From the IMG/VR virus record IMGVR_UViG_2933279956_000001, positions 1 through 64,000 of that record: DNA of 64,000 nucleotides; one strand, written 5' to 3'. The notes beneath the pieces are model-generated. The model made no database searches and was not told the DNA's origin. It was given only the letters and a program-made list of their open reading frames with translations. Both the position numbers and the translations under genes were made by a program. The stretch comes from a virus. Taxonomy: Duplodnaviria > Caudoviricetes. This document shows, one piece after another, positions 36,849 to 46,312 of the stretch (position 1 is its first letter; each line of letters begins with the position of its first letter).

Positions 36849-37470
36849 GGGCGCGCACCTGCCAGCCCTCGTCGGCCAGGCGCTCCAGGAGCCGGGTCTG
36901 CTCGGTCTCGTTGTCGCAGGTGACGATGATGCCCCACACCGCCGGGGTAACCTCGGCGTCGGCGTCGCCGGGCTCCGGCAGCTCCTCAGAGCCGGAGCCG
37001 GAGGCGAGGTCGCGGGCGATTGACTCCTCCAGGTCGGCCAGCTCGTCAGCGTTGTAGCCGGTCGCGGCCAGCAGTTCGGCGTCGGCCTGGCGCACGTCGG
37101 CGAGCACCTCGGCCAGCAGCGCGTTCTGCCAGCCGCCCTTCTCGGGCGTGCGGTTGTTCGCGATGAGGTAGGCCTCCGCGTCGGCGTCGGAGCGGGACGT
37201 CCAGCCGCGCACGATCGGCGCCAACCACGCGCCGTCGTCGGTCACCTGTACACCCTCGGGCGGCGACACCCCCTCTGCCTGCATGAGCGCCAGGACCTCG
37301 AGGCGGCCGTGGCCGACGACGAGACGGCCGGTGCGCTCGTCGAGTTCGCCGGCGATGACGCAGCCGAACGTCTCGATGCTGGCGCGGATGCTGGGCAGGT
37401 CGTGGTCCTTCGGGTTCCGCAGGGCTCGCGGGATGTCGGCGAGCGGCATGTGCTCGATGCGTCGAGTCAC
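36841..37470 (-). CDS. ParB/Srx-like N-terminal domain protein
   Basis: RNPKDHD, ASIETFG, LVVGHGRL, AYLIANNR; C-terminal IIVTCDNETEQ. Confidence 0.8.
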   Translation of the reverse strand: MTRRIEHMPLADIPRALRNPKDHDLPSIRASIETFGCVIAGELDERTGRLVVGHGRLEVLALMQAEGVSPPEGVQVTDDGAWLAPIVRGWTSRSDADAEAYLIANNRTPEKGGWQNALLAEVLADVRQADAELLAATGYNADELADLEESIARDLASGSGSEELPEPGDADAEVTPAVWGIIVTCDNETEQTRLLERLADEGWQVRALM

Positions 37471-37625
37471 ATAGTGCCCATGGAGAACATGGAGGCGATC
37501 GTGATCCACCGGTCAGCGATCGACATCCAGGCGTTGGCGACGTCGGGCATGTGGGCTGTCTTGGCGGCCTCGCCGAGCGCTGCTGTGGCCTCTTCGAGTG
37601 CCTTCTGCGCGGTGATCGGGGTCAT
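37467..37625 (-). CDS. Small hypothetical protein
   Basis: GGAAGG RBS; coupled to the ParB-like gene. Confidence 0.5.
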   Translation of the reverse strand: MTPITAQKALEEATAALGEAAKTAHMPDVANAWMSIADRWITIASMFSMGTM

Positions 37626-37841
37626 GGGTCTGCCTTCCAGGTGAGGGTGATGTGCCGGAGGAGTTCGGCGTGGACGCGGAAGTCGGCTTCCCGTTGGCGA
37701 CCCACTGCTTCGTGCGATTCGCCGCAATACACGCCGGACAGACTTCGCAGAGAACTTCGATGTGGTAATCCCATCCGGCAGCACGGCATTGGTCCCAGTT
37801 GGAGCCCTCAGCACCGCACCACAGGCAGATGATCGGCACGG

Positions 37842-38909
37842 TCATTCCGCTTGTCCGGTGGTTGCGGGCCGGTAGCCGTTGCGGATGCGGTCGGCGGTGA
37901 GCTTGTGGGCGATGAGGCCGCACGCCAGCGTCGCCCACGCGCCGGTCTGCACGGTGTCCGCGGGCACCTCCACGGCCGAGCTGAGGATGCCGCTCTTGCC
38001 GGGGCGGGTCTCGATGCCGGGCGAGTTCGCTGTCCACTTCACCACCCACGACCATGCGGCTCGCTTACGGCGCGGCCGGCCGTACCGTCGGCGCTGGAGG
38101 ACGAGCTGGACCTGGTGGGAGTCGCCGTCGGGCATGTGCACGAGGCCGAGCGTTGGCCCGTTGACGGTCTCGTAGCTGTACCGCTTCGGGCCGAACAGCT
38201 TCTCGACCAGGTCGAGGCTGATGCGGCCGTGCATCCACCATGGGTCTTCGCGCGCCCACTCGTCTTCGCGCGCCCACCACTGCCAGCGGATCGTCCACTC
38301 GTCCACGGATATGTTGATCACCCGCGAGTAGTAGCCGTCCGGGATCAGGCGGCGCTGCAGCCACGCGCCGAACGCTTCGGTGTGCAGGTAGAGGGCGCCG
38401 AACGGCCACAGCCGCAGGTGGCAGGAGATCGGATGCTCGTCCCCGGCGCAGCCGATGGTGACCTCAGCGGAGAAGACGCCGAACGTCTTGCCGAGCACCA
38501 GCTCGGCACCGAGCGTTCCGGTCGGCTTGTCCGGCCAGCGGCCCGGCTTGCGTGCGTCGTCACGGTGAACGGGACGCTGGGTGAGGCCGAGCAGTTCCGT
38601 CCAGGCGCTGGCCGCGAGGTCGCGGGTCAACGGGGTCCACGGTCCGTCGTACGGCTGGCCGATATCCCACTGCTCGGGGTCGAGGTTGCCCTGCGGGTCC
38701 GGCCGTACACCGCACCGGTCGCAGACGACCCATCGGGCCGCGTGCAAGCCCTTTGCGATGGGGCCGTGTCCGTCGACCACGGGCCGGTGGCCACGCAGGC
38801 GGCACCACAGCATGAGTCGGGGCACGTCGTGCAGCCAGAAGCGGCGGTGGACGAACTTGCCCTTCTTGTGTAGACCGATGCGGAGCTCGTTGCTGGTGTA
38901 CCAGCGCAT
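37842..38909 (-). CDS. Hypothetical Trp-rich protein (355 aa)
   Basis: Long ORF with GC3-biased codons; CRLRGH..CDRCG. Confidence 0.7.
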   Translation of the reverse strand: MRWYTSNELRIGLHKKGKFVHRRFWLHDVPRLMLWCRLRGHRPVVDGHGPIAKGLHAARWVVCDRCGVRPDPQGNLDPEQWDIGQPYDGPWTPLTRDLAASAWTELLGLTQRPVHRDDARKPGRWPDKPTGTLGAELVLGKTFGVFSAEVTIGCAGDEHPISCHLRLWPFGALYLHTEAFGAWLQRRLIPDGYYSRVINISVDEWTIRWQWWAREDEWAREDPWWMHGRISLDLVEKLFGPKRYSYETVNGPTLGLVHMPDGDSHQVQLVLQRRRYGRPRRKRAAWSWVVKWTANSPGIETRPGKSGILSSAVEVPADTVQTGAWATLACGLIAHKLTADRIRNGYRPATTGQAE

Positions 38910-38951
38910 GGAGGTCTCCAGAGGGGGTGGAGGTCGGACTCTCGGATGTGG

Positions 38952-39278
38952 CTAGATGCGAGGCGGCCAGTGCCAAGTGCCGGGCGTGGTGCCTTCGCTG
39001 CGGGCGCGGGCCCAGAAGATGTCGTTGCCGTCGAGGTGCACTTGCAGGCTGACCACCGTGGGGGCGGGGTGGACGCGCACCACCGTGGCCGGGTAGACGT
39101 CGCCGGCGAGGACGCGTTCGCCGACGTGGGCCTGGTGGCCGGTGGCGCCGGGCTGACCGGGCAGGATGGGGGCGCGTCCGCGCTGGTAGGCGTCGTAGTC
39201 GTCGCGGCGGCGGTTGATGGCGTTGGCGTCGTCGTCGCTGAGGGTGTCGTGGACGATGCGGCCGATGGACAGGGTCAC
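38952..39278 (-). CDS. Phage hypothetical protein
   Basis: SIGRIVH..INRRR..LQVHLDGND..GTWHWPPR. Confidence 0.7.
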   Translation of the reverse strand: MTLSIGRIVHDTLSDDDANAINRRRDDYDAYQRGRAPILPGQPGATGHQAHVGERVLAGDVYPATVVRVHPAPTVVSLQVHLDGNDIFWARARSEGTTPGTWHWPPRI

Positions 39279-39571
39279 GAGGGCGCTCCGTGGGCATGGG
39301 AAAGGCCCTGGACCGGGGAGCGTCCAGGGCCCTAGTTGTTGATCATGAAATCTGAGACAAGATCATTCCTGGGGGTTACCGAGGTATCGGGGGGGACGAG
39401 ATCGGTCGTCAGCGTCGCGTACAGCGCGCCACACAAACCACCCAATACGGGGGAAACCGTGTGTACCGACACGAATTCCAGATTGATCATGAGGGTACAC
39501 ACGGTTGTCAAGCACGGCAAGACCCGACAGCCAAAAGGCTTCCGAGAAAGCCACGACCACGTGCCTCCCCG

Positions 39572-39850
39572 CTATCTCTTCCCATCGTCCTTGCCCGCGC
39601 TGGCCCCCTCGGCTACCGACAGGTCGTCAAGGGCTGTCAACGATCCTGCCCACAGGCCCACGTCGTTCGCCGTGGACAACAGCTCCCCTACCAGCTGCCG
39701 CTCATCCTGGGTCAGCGGTGCCGGGGCGGCGGCATCCAGTCGCTTCTTCAACCTCGTCGCGTGCGCGATCACCGACCGTAGTGCATGCCTCAGCTCTACT
39801 GCCGCATGCTGACGAGCCCGGCCGACCTGCTGGTCAGCGTCCATCCCCAT
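39572..39850 (-). CDS. Hypothetical protein
   Basis: GGAGGAG RBS; overlaps the upstream gene. Confidence 0.5.
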   Translation of the reverse strand: MGMDADQQVGRARQHAAVELRHALRSVIAHATRLKKRLDAAAPAPLTQDERQLVGELLSTANDVGLWAGSLTALDDLSVAEGASAGKDDGKR

Positions 39851-40469
39851 CCTCCTCCGGCTCCTTGGTCACGTCGCGGACCAGGTGTGTGAGGACGACA
39901 CCGCGATGCCACACCTGTGCTGCCTCGAACACGACATCGCGACGCTGAAGGTACAGGGCCGCGATCGTCTCGGCGTCCGCCCGGTTCGGCGCCCAGCACA
40001 CCATCGACCAGTCCCGGCCAGCGGGCGTCTGGCCCAGGACTGCGACCTCGTACTGGTTCCACGGCTCCACCGGGGCCCGCCGCGGCGCATGCAGTGGCGT
40101 GTCCTCCACGACGTCGATCCGCGGGTTCAGCTTCTCGTCCAGCAGGTAGGCGGCGGCCTCCTCCAGCGTGTCCGCGACCGCGATGTGCGGCGCAAGCGCG
40201 GCGTCCAGGCGGTCGCTGGTGCTGGCCAGCGCCCGGAACCGCATCCCTTCCGGACCTCGGCCGACCACGCGGCCGCCGACCGGCCGCTCCTCGCGGCGGA
40301 CCCGCCACACGCCGTCGCCGACCTCGATGAGGGCGCCGGGATGATCGAGGAGCCACAGCACCGCAGCGGCGTACGTCAGCGGCTTGTCGCCCAGGCCGAC
40401 GTCGTCGAGGAGCTTGCGCAGCACCGGGTCGCTCGCGGCGCGGCGCTCCAGTTCGGCGCGGTCGTTCAT
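39834..40469 (-). CDS. Hypothetical protein
   Basis: ATGA-coupled ORF with typical codon bias. Confidence 0.6.
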   Translation of the reverse strand: MNDRAELERRAASDPVLRKLLDDVGLGDKPLTYAAAVLWLLDHPGALIEVGDGVWRVRREERPVGGRVVGRGPEGMRFRALASTSDRLDAALAPHIAVADTLEEAAAYLLDEKLNPRIDVVEDTPLHAPRRAPVEPWNQYEVAVLGQTPAGRDWSMVCWAPNRADAETIAALYLQRRDVVFEAAQVWHRGVVLTHLVRDVTKEPEEDGDGR

Positions 40470-40792
40470 GACCGTCGCCGTGGCCTGTCCGGGCGCACCA
40501 GCAGCTGGGTTTCGGACGGCCAGTGGCAGTTGAGCGTGAACAGCGAACTCGTCTCCAGGCCGTACCCGTCGCCCCAGTCGACATACCCGGGTCCGGCCTC
40601 GGTGATGATCTGCTCGTCGGCGACGTCGTCCTTGTCGGTGGCGACGGTCACGAGGATGGGCGCGTCGTCGTCCAGGTGGGCGATCGCGGCACGCAGCTGG
40701 CCTGCCGTCCACGCTGGGCGGCCTTTCATGTCGGTGATGGTGTTCCACGGCACCACCGTGGTGTGGGCGTAGTCGTGCTGCTGTTCGGTCAT
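40466..40792 (-). CDS. Hypothetical protein (DUF6225-like)
   Basis: AWTAGQLRAAIAHLDDDAPI..DEQII. Confidence 0.6.
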   Translation of the reverse strand: MTEQQHDYAHTTVVPWNTITDMKGRPAWTAGQLRAAIAHLDDDAPILVTVATDKDDVADEQIITEAGPGYVDWGDGYGLETSSLFTLNCHWPSETQLLVRPDRPRRRS

Positions 40793-40895
40793 GGCTCCTC
40801 GTCTTTCTCGGCTTCGGGTATCAGGGGCGTGTTCAGCTTGCCTCGTGCGGGCCGGGTTCGTCCCCCGTTTCGGGCGCGAACCCTGTGCAGGGGTA

Positions 40896-41861
40896 CTACT
40901 CGATCGCGGCGGCCACGAGCGTGGACGGGTCATCTTCCAGCCGGTTGCGGGTCTCCAGGTAGATGTCCGTGGTGGAGGAGTTCGCGTGGCCGAGCGCGGC
41001 CTGGATCTGCTTCACGCTGGCGCCCATCTCCTCGGCGATCGACGCGAACGTGTGCCTCAGCTGGTGCGGGTGCAGGCCGGGTAGGCCGGCGGCGCGGCCG
41101 ACGCGGGCGACAAGGTCGTAGACGTCCTTGCGGTTGAGGCGTCCGCCGGTCGAGGTGGCCAGCAGCGGCCCGTCGAGCTGGTCGACGCGGACGCCCGCGT
41201 TCTCGGCGCGGTCGGCCAGGTAGACGTCGAGGGCGTGCGCGGCCGCCGCGGGGATCGGCCGGGTCTGCGGCTTGGCGCCCTTGGTGACGATCCGCAGGGT
41301 GCGGTAGCCGCGCTCCGTACCGAGGTCGCCGACGTCGGCGGCAGTCAGCTCGGTGACGCGGACGCCGGTCTCCAGGAGGAGCCGGATGATCGCCGCGGTG
41401 CGCAGCCGCTGGCGTCCTTCGTCGGCGTCGGCGGAGGCCTTCACCGTCTTCGCCTCGACCCGGGTGAGGGCGACCGTTTCGGAGTGGCGGCGGTTCACCC
41501 GCGGGCGACGCACCCGCGCGAACGCGTTGCCGTCGACGGCGTCCTCGTCGGCGAGGTAGTCGTACCACGACGACACCGCGGACAGGCGGCGGGACATCGT
41601 CTTGGCGGGGATCGGGGCACCGGCTTGGAGTTCGAGCCAGCGTTTGTAGACGTCGCCGTGCTTGCGGCTCGCGGCCAGCGGGTCGAGGTCATGTTCGGCG
41701 CAGAAGGTGAACCAGCGCTGGATGTCGCGGCGGTAGGCGTCGCGGGTGTTGGCCGAGTCGTAGCTGAGCAGCCAGGCCACAGTGAGGTCGCGGGCTTCGC
41801 CGGTCAGGCCGGGCGGGAGGGCGAGGGTTCCGACGCTGGCGGGAACGAGGCCGGCGCTCAC
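40896..41861 (-). CDS. Tyrosine recombinase (XerC/D-like with SAM-like N-domain)
   Basis: SANTRDAYRRD; catalytic R (TGVRVTE), K (TKGAK), HQLRH, LGH, Y (TTDIY). Confidence 0.92.
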   Translation of the reverse strand: MSAGLVPASVGTLALPPGLTGEARDLTVAWLLSYDSANTRDAYRRDIQRWFTFCAEHDLDPLAASRKHGDVYKRWLELQAGAPIPAKTMSRRLSAVSSWYDYLADEDAVDGNAFARVRRPRVNRRHSETVALTRVEAKTVKASADADEGRQRLRTAAIIRLLLETGVRVTELTAADVGDLGTERGYRTLRIVTKGAKPQTRPIPAAAAHALDVYLADRAENAGVRVDQLDGPLLATSTGGRLNRKDVYDLVARVGRAAGLPGLHPHQLRHTFASIAEEMGASVKQIQAALGHANSSTTDIYLETRNRLEDDPSTLVAAAIE

Positions 41862-42235
41862 GCGCCCAGCCTGTCGAGGAACACCTCGCAGTAGATCAGC
41901 TCGATGGCGCGCCAGATGACGTCGTCGTCGTAGCCGGCGCGGGCCCACTCCTGCAGGAGGCCGTAGGCGAGTTCGCCGTCGCCGTTGAAGTAGCAGCCGC
42001 CGGTCACGTATGCGCACGCCGGGTCGTGATGGTCGGCGTCGTCGCGCGAGTGAGGCGCGTGGATGCCGAGGATCGTCGGCTGCCAGCCGCCGGGAAAGGA
42101 GTCCAGGCCGGGGTCGGGGTCCATGCGGTGCAAGGAGAGCTGGACGGCGCCGAGGTCTCCCTGGGCGATCCAGCTGCGTCCGCCGGGGATCGGGTTGTCG
42201 GTGTGGGTGTGGGTGATGCGGTGCAGGTCGGTCAT
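41858..42235 (-). CDS. Hypothetical protein coupled to the recombinase
   Basis: LGIHAP..CAYVTGGCYFNG; GTGA overlap. Confidence 0.65.
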   Translation of the reverse strand: MTDLHRITHTHTDNPIPGGRSWIAQGDLGAVQLSLHRMDPDPGLDSFPGGWQPTILGIHAPHSRDDADHHDPACAYVTGGCYFNGDGELAYGLLQEWARAGYDDDVIWRAIELIYCEVFLDRLGA

Positions 42236-42314
42236 GAGGTTCGCCTTCGTCTCGGGTAGTGAGCTGTGCTCATGTTCCTCGCGAGGTGGGGTTCTCCCGC
42301 GACACCCCCGACCT

Positions 42315-42346
42315 TACACCCCCATAACGAGAATTATGAGGGTGTA
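42315..42346. other. lox/dif-like site (13-bp arms, 6-bp spacer)
   Basis: TACACCCCCATAA-cgagaa-TTATGAGGGTGTA, one mismatch between the arms, upstream of the recombinase operon. Confidence 0.7.
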
Positions 42347-42562
42347 GAAACGATCATGGAAACTCCCCTCGGACAGCCACCCGAATATGGAAAACTGGCT
42401 TGATCGTCGCTCCGCTGAGATCGCTCCCGACTCAGCGCACCACTACGAGCCCCATACAGCAGCACCACCACGGACATCGTGTTCTGGCGTGGAAATCCCG
42501 TTCCACGCCACGGGAGCACACCGACGACCGAGGTGGACACCCGCTGCTGGCATGGAGACGCA

Positions 42563-42766
42563 GTGGACCTGGCCGCCACCCGCCAGCTCGTCGAACAACT
42601 CACCCTTACCGCCATCGCGGTCATCGGCGCTCTCGGCGCCATCGGCACCACCGCATTCCTCACCGCCGCCGGCCTCCGCGCCCTCTGGCGCCACCTCTTC
42701 CCCAAGCGGCAGAAGCCCGAACCGCCTGACCACCACACACCACAGGCCGACGTCATCGGCGATTAG
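42563..42766 (+). CDS. Small membrane protein
   Basis: GGAG RBS plus GTG; one hydrophobic segment. Confidence 0.5.
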   Translation: MDLAATRQLVEQLTLTAIAVIGALGAIGTTAFLTAAGLRALWRHLFPKRQKPEPPDHHTPQADVIGD

Positions 42767-42889
42767 CACTTTGGCAACCATCACCAACCGCACCCCGCAC
42801 GTTAGCAAGGCAGGGAATCTCTACCGTTTCGACCGAAAACTCTGAAACCTTGTCACATAGTCGCGCCCCACCTCCGACATGTGAAACAC

Positions 42890-43054
42890 ATGCCACCACC
42901 CATCGAACCCATGCCATCCATGGAACCCAAGCGCAAGAAGCTGCGCGACACCCTCGACAAGATCACCCTCACCGCCATGCAGGTCGCCGGACTCATCACC
43001 CTGGCGATCTTCCTCATCTGGAGCATCCTGCAGCTGATCAACACCCTCTTCTAA
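42890..43054 (+). CDS. Small membrane protein (54 aa)
   Basis: Basic KRKK then AMQVAGLITLAIFLIWSILQLI. Confidence 0.5.
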   Translation: MPPPIEPMPSMEPKRKKLRDTLDKITLTAMQVAGLITLAIFLIWSILQLINTLF

Positions 43055-43260
43055 CCAAGCCGCGGGCGCGCCCCCCGACCACACCGGCGCGCCCGCATCA
43101 CCCGCTCCACCACCAACAACCGATCCACCCGCACCACCCGACGACCCGCCCCATCCAACCGCGTCGTCCCCGCCGGAAACCACCCCTCCCCCACCCACCG
43201 CCGCACCGAACCCACCGACACACCCACCCGACCCGCCGCATCCACCACCGACAACCACAT
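43051..43260 (-). CDS. Small HTH (excisionase/MerR-like) protein
   Basis: WLSVVDAAGRVGVSVGSVRRWV. Confidence 0.6.
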   Translation of the reverse strand: MWLSVVDAAGRVGVSVGSVRRWVGEGWFPAGTTRLDGAGRRVVRVDRLLVVERVMRARRCGRGARPRLG

Positions 43261-43401
43261 AACCCCAGCATGACCCCACCAAAACCCAACCCCAAGTGCA
43301 GCCGCCCGGGTGGCCGGCCGCCGGGGGGTGGGGGGTGTTCGCGGGCATGAGAAAGCCGCGCCGACCGGGGAAGTGGTCGGCGCGGCTCGTGTGCTGCGGC
43401 G

Positions 43402-43728
43402 TTACAGGTCGTGCGCCCACATGACGTCAGCGAGCACGGACAGTTCGGCAGGCGTCGCGTCAGCCCACGTGGTCATGCGCGACAGCGCCAGGTACGCGGT
43501 GCCGATGACCAGCACGCGCATGCGTCCGGCTTCATCGATCATGTTCACGGCGTGCGAGATCAGCGTCTCCTCCGCGTTGGCGTCCATGACGATGCCCGAC
43601 CAGGTCGGCTCAGGGCTGCGCTCCGTGACCAGCCGTCCCATGACGGCCTGCGGGAGACGGTAGTCCTTGACCAGCTTGGACATGATCAACTGGGCGTCGG
43701 CGAGGATCTCGTCCCGAACCAGGGTCAT
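43402..43728 (-). CDS. Hypothetical protein
   Basis: GAAGGAG RBS; flanked by hairpins. Confidence 0.65.
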   Translation of the reverse strand: MTLVRDEILADAQLIMSKLVKDYRLPQAVMGRLVTERSPEPTWSGIVMDANAEETLISHAVNMIDEAGRMRVLVIGTAYLALSRMTTWADATPAELSVLADVMWAHDL

Positions 43729-43788
43729 GGCTACTCCTTCGTGTGAGAGTGCGCCCACCAGCGGGGATGCTGGTGGGCGCGGTTCGGG

Positions 43789-44205
43789 CTAGCGGAGGAA
43801 GAACGCCGCGTGCGTCGAGACGATCGCCGCGACCATGGGATCGGTGGCGGCGATCATCATGCACGTCAGCAGGGCTTCTGCCTCGCGGCGGGCCGCTACC
43901 TCGTACGGGCTGAGGCGTCCGGCGCGCATGTTCGCGCGAGACTGCGACAGGTCAGTCAGCTCGTGGAAGGTCCCGTGCACGCGCACGAGGGTGCGTCGGA
44001 GGTCACCCGGCATGGACGCGTCGTCCGCGAGGTGGCGGACGACGGTTGCGCACGTCTCGGGGTTGTCCTCGATGACGACGTACCCGAACGGGCCAGTGTG
44101 CAGCGCCGTGGTGACGGTGATCCCGAGACTGACCAGCACGGCCGCGTGTGCGCTCGCGCCCAGCTTGATCATGTCGTCCACGGTGACGCCCACGTTGATG
44201 ATCAT
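43789..44205 (-). CDS. Hypothetical protein
   Basis: AAAGGA RBS; flanked by hairpins. Confidence 0.65.
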   Translation of the reverse strand: MIINVGVTVDDMIKLGASAHAAVLVSLGITVTTALHTGPFGYVVIEDNPETCATVVRHLADDASMPGDLRRTLVRVHGTFHELTDLSQSRANMRAGRLSPYEVAARREAEALLTCMMIAATDPMVAAIVSTHAAFFLR

Positions 44206-44273
44206 GACTTTCCTTTCGTGATCTTGGTTCGGGTGGGAGGGGGCGCGCTGGGTATGCGCGCCCCCGTGTGGTG

Positions 44274-44819
44274 CTACTTCGTGGCTCTGGCCGTCTTCGG
44301 CGCAGGCTTCGGCGTGACGGTCACGGGCTTGCCGTCGTCCTCGTCGCCCACGGCGACAGTGAGGGCATCTAGCGACGCCTGGAGGTCCGCGTTCTCGGCT
44401 TCCAGCGCTGCGACACGAAGCCGCAGGGTGGCCATCTCCTCAGTGCGTCGCATCTCTGCCCGCAGGGTGACCAGGTCGCCGCTCTTGAGCGCGGGCAACT
44501 GGGCCAACGGGCTGTCAGCGTCGGCGTGGAGCGCGTGCATGCCGATGACGTGCCGGAACGCGACGGTCTTGCCCTCGCGCGTGGTCATGACGTCTTCGAT
44601 GCCGCTGTCTTCGGGCAGCTCGATCAGGTCGTTGGTGTAGGTGGCCTGCCCCTTGCCGAGCTTGAAGTCGCCCGACAGGACGTAGGTGGCGATGGTGGGG
44701 ATGCCGACGTGCCGAACCTCGCGGTCCCACGTGCCGCCGCTGTTCGCTAGGCGGGTGTCGCCTTCTACGGTGGCGATGATCTTGTCCAGAATCTCAGTCG
44801 GCGTGAGCTTGATTTCCAT
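44274..44819 (-). CDS. Hypothetical protein with C-terminal coiled coil
   Basis: GAAGGA RBS; LRVAALEAENADLQASL. Confidence 0.65.
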   Translation of the reverse strand: MEIKLTPTEILDKIIATVEGDTRLANSGGTWDREVRHVGIPTIATYVLSGDFKLGKGQATYTNDLIELPEDSGIEDVMTTREGKTVAFRHVIGMHALHADADSPLAQLPALKSGDLVTLRAEMRRTEEMATLRLRVAALEAENADLQASLDALTVAVGDEDDGKPVTVTPKPAPKTARATK

Positions 44820-44885
44820 GATCTTCCTTCGGCTTCAGGTGGTGGGGTGCCCGCCCCCGGCACCTGGGGGCGGGCGGTTGATGGG

Positions 44886-45674
44886 TTAGTGATCTTCGTG
44901 GTTCAGGGCTTGGTGCCCTGCCACGTGGGGACCGCCTTGCACGTCAAGGACGGTCGTGGTCGCGTCGTCCGGGGCGCTCTGCGGCGCGTCATCTTGGATG
45001 CGGTTCCGCTTCCGAGATGCGCGACGTTCCGCGCGCTGGGCGCGCTTGGTGGCCTGTTGACGACGCTTGCGCCACCAGAGCCAGCCTGCGATTCCGCCAC
45101 CGACCAGGGCAGCACCGAGGAGCGTGAGCCCCACGGTTGTGCCGTCACCCGACACGGGCCGGTAGGCCGTGACCACGGGCGGAACGGTCGGGGTCGTGGT
45201 CGGTGACGCGATCACCGGAAGATTCACGGTCGATGCGGCGCGAGGTTCGTCCGGCATCGGGACCGTGGGCGCGGTGATGGGTGCGACGACCGGCGCAGCC
45301 TGCGGGGTTGCCGTGGCTGTGACCGTGGCCGTGAGGGAGACCGTAGGACCGGGGGTGCTGGTCGTGACGGTCGTGGTCGGTCCGGGAGTCGTGACGTGCA
45401 CGGTCGGACCGGGGGTGGTGACGGTCACGGTCGGACCGGGGGTACCGGTCGTCGTGGTGGTAACCGTGACGGGAGGTTGGGTAACCACCTGGGTCGTGGT
45501 GACCGTCTCGCGAACGGTCTCCGTGACGGTGGTGGTCGCGGGAGTCGGGACGACAGGTCCCGACGCGTCGGCGATGCCGACGCCTGAGAGCGTGATGACT
45601 GCCCAGGTGATCGCGAGACATGCGCCGAGCGACAGCGCTGTCCGGGCGATGCTGGACCGGTTGATGAGTGTCAC
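44886..45674 (-). CDS. Thr/Pro-rich surface or membrane-anchored protein
   Basis: Signal peptide, TPGPTVTVT repeats, RPVSG plus TM plus basic tail. Confidence 0.7.
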   Translation of the reverse strand: MTLINRSSIARTALSLGACLAITWAVITLSGVGIADASGPVVPTPATTTVTETVRETVTTTQVVTQPPVTVTTTTTGTPGPTVTVTTPGPTVHVTTPGPTTTVTTSTPGPTVSLTATVTATATPQAAPVVAPITAPTVPMPDEPRAASTVNLPVIASPTTTPTVPPVVTAYRPVSGDGTTVGLTLLGAALVGGGIAGWLWWRKRRQQATKRAQRAERRASRKRNRIQDDAPQSAPDDATTTVLDVQGGPHVAGHQALNHEDH

Positions 45675-46084
45675 GTCCGGTTATCGAGGTTCAGCGCGAA
45701 AGCGTTACGACCTTTGTTAGTCACGGATTTATAACGCCTATTTCCGCAGGTCAGAGCGCTACTTCGTGCGAAATCGCATCGAAGCAGCGAATTAGTTGCT
45801 TCAACAACTACCGGTGGTCGTCGTGCATAGTCAGTCCCCCGCCCTCGTCTCGTCCTTCGTTCGCCTCTCTTCTCTTCCCTTTGTTGATCTTCGGTGCTCG
45901 AAATTGGAAGCGCTGTGGTGGTCGCTGGGACGCGTTTGCGGTCGGGTTGGTCTCTCTATACCGGAGACCCCCGTTTCTGGTCTCAGCGTTGCGCTGGGGA
46001 CCGTCCACGGGGGTCTGGTGGTTCTTTCTCGGTTGCGGTTTCGCTGTCGAGTTCTCCATATTCGGATGTTTGGGTGTAAATCGG

Positions 46085-46312
46085 TCATCGAGGTGGGGTG
46101 TCGTGCTGGTAGCAGTAGGGGGCCTCGCTGTCCCACGGCGACACCCAGATGCACGCGCTGTCGTGTGCGGGCTCGGCGGGTGTCCAGGTGTGCCGGTAGT
46201 CGGGGTGGGTGCGGTGGATGGCGGCGAGGGCCTGGAGGTGTTGGTCGTCGGCTGCGGCGAGTTCTTCGTCGAGGCGGGCGCGGAGGAAGGCGATGATGTC
46301 GTCGCGGTTCAT
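46085..46312 (-). CDS. DUF6221-like small protein
   Basis: IIAFLRARLDEE..LQALAAIHRTHPDYRHTW. Confidence 0.6.
   Translation of the reverse strand: MNRDDIIAFLRARLDEELAAADDQHLQALAAIHRTHPDYRHTWTPAEPAHDSACIWVSPWDSEAPYCYQHDTPPR

Noticed and set aside
40896-41861. The prophage integrase
   Set aside because: Internal position with phage genes on both sides and no adjacent att/tRNA; kept as a resolvase-like enzyme
40896-45674. Integron-like cassette array
   Set aside because: Intergenic hairpins share no attC-like consensus ends and the recombinase shows no evident IntI-specific insertion
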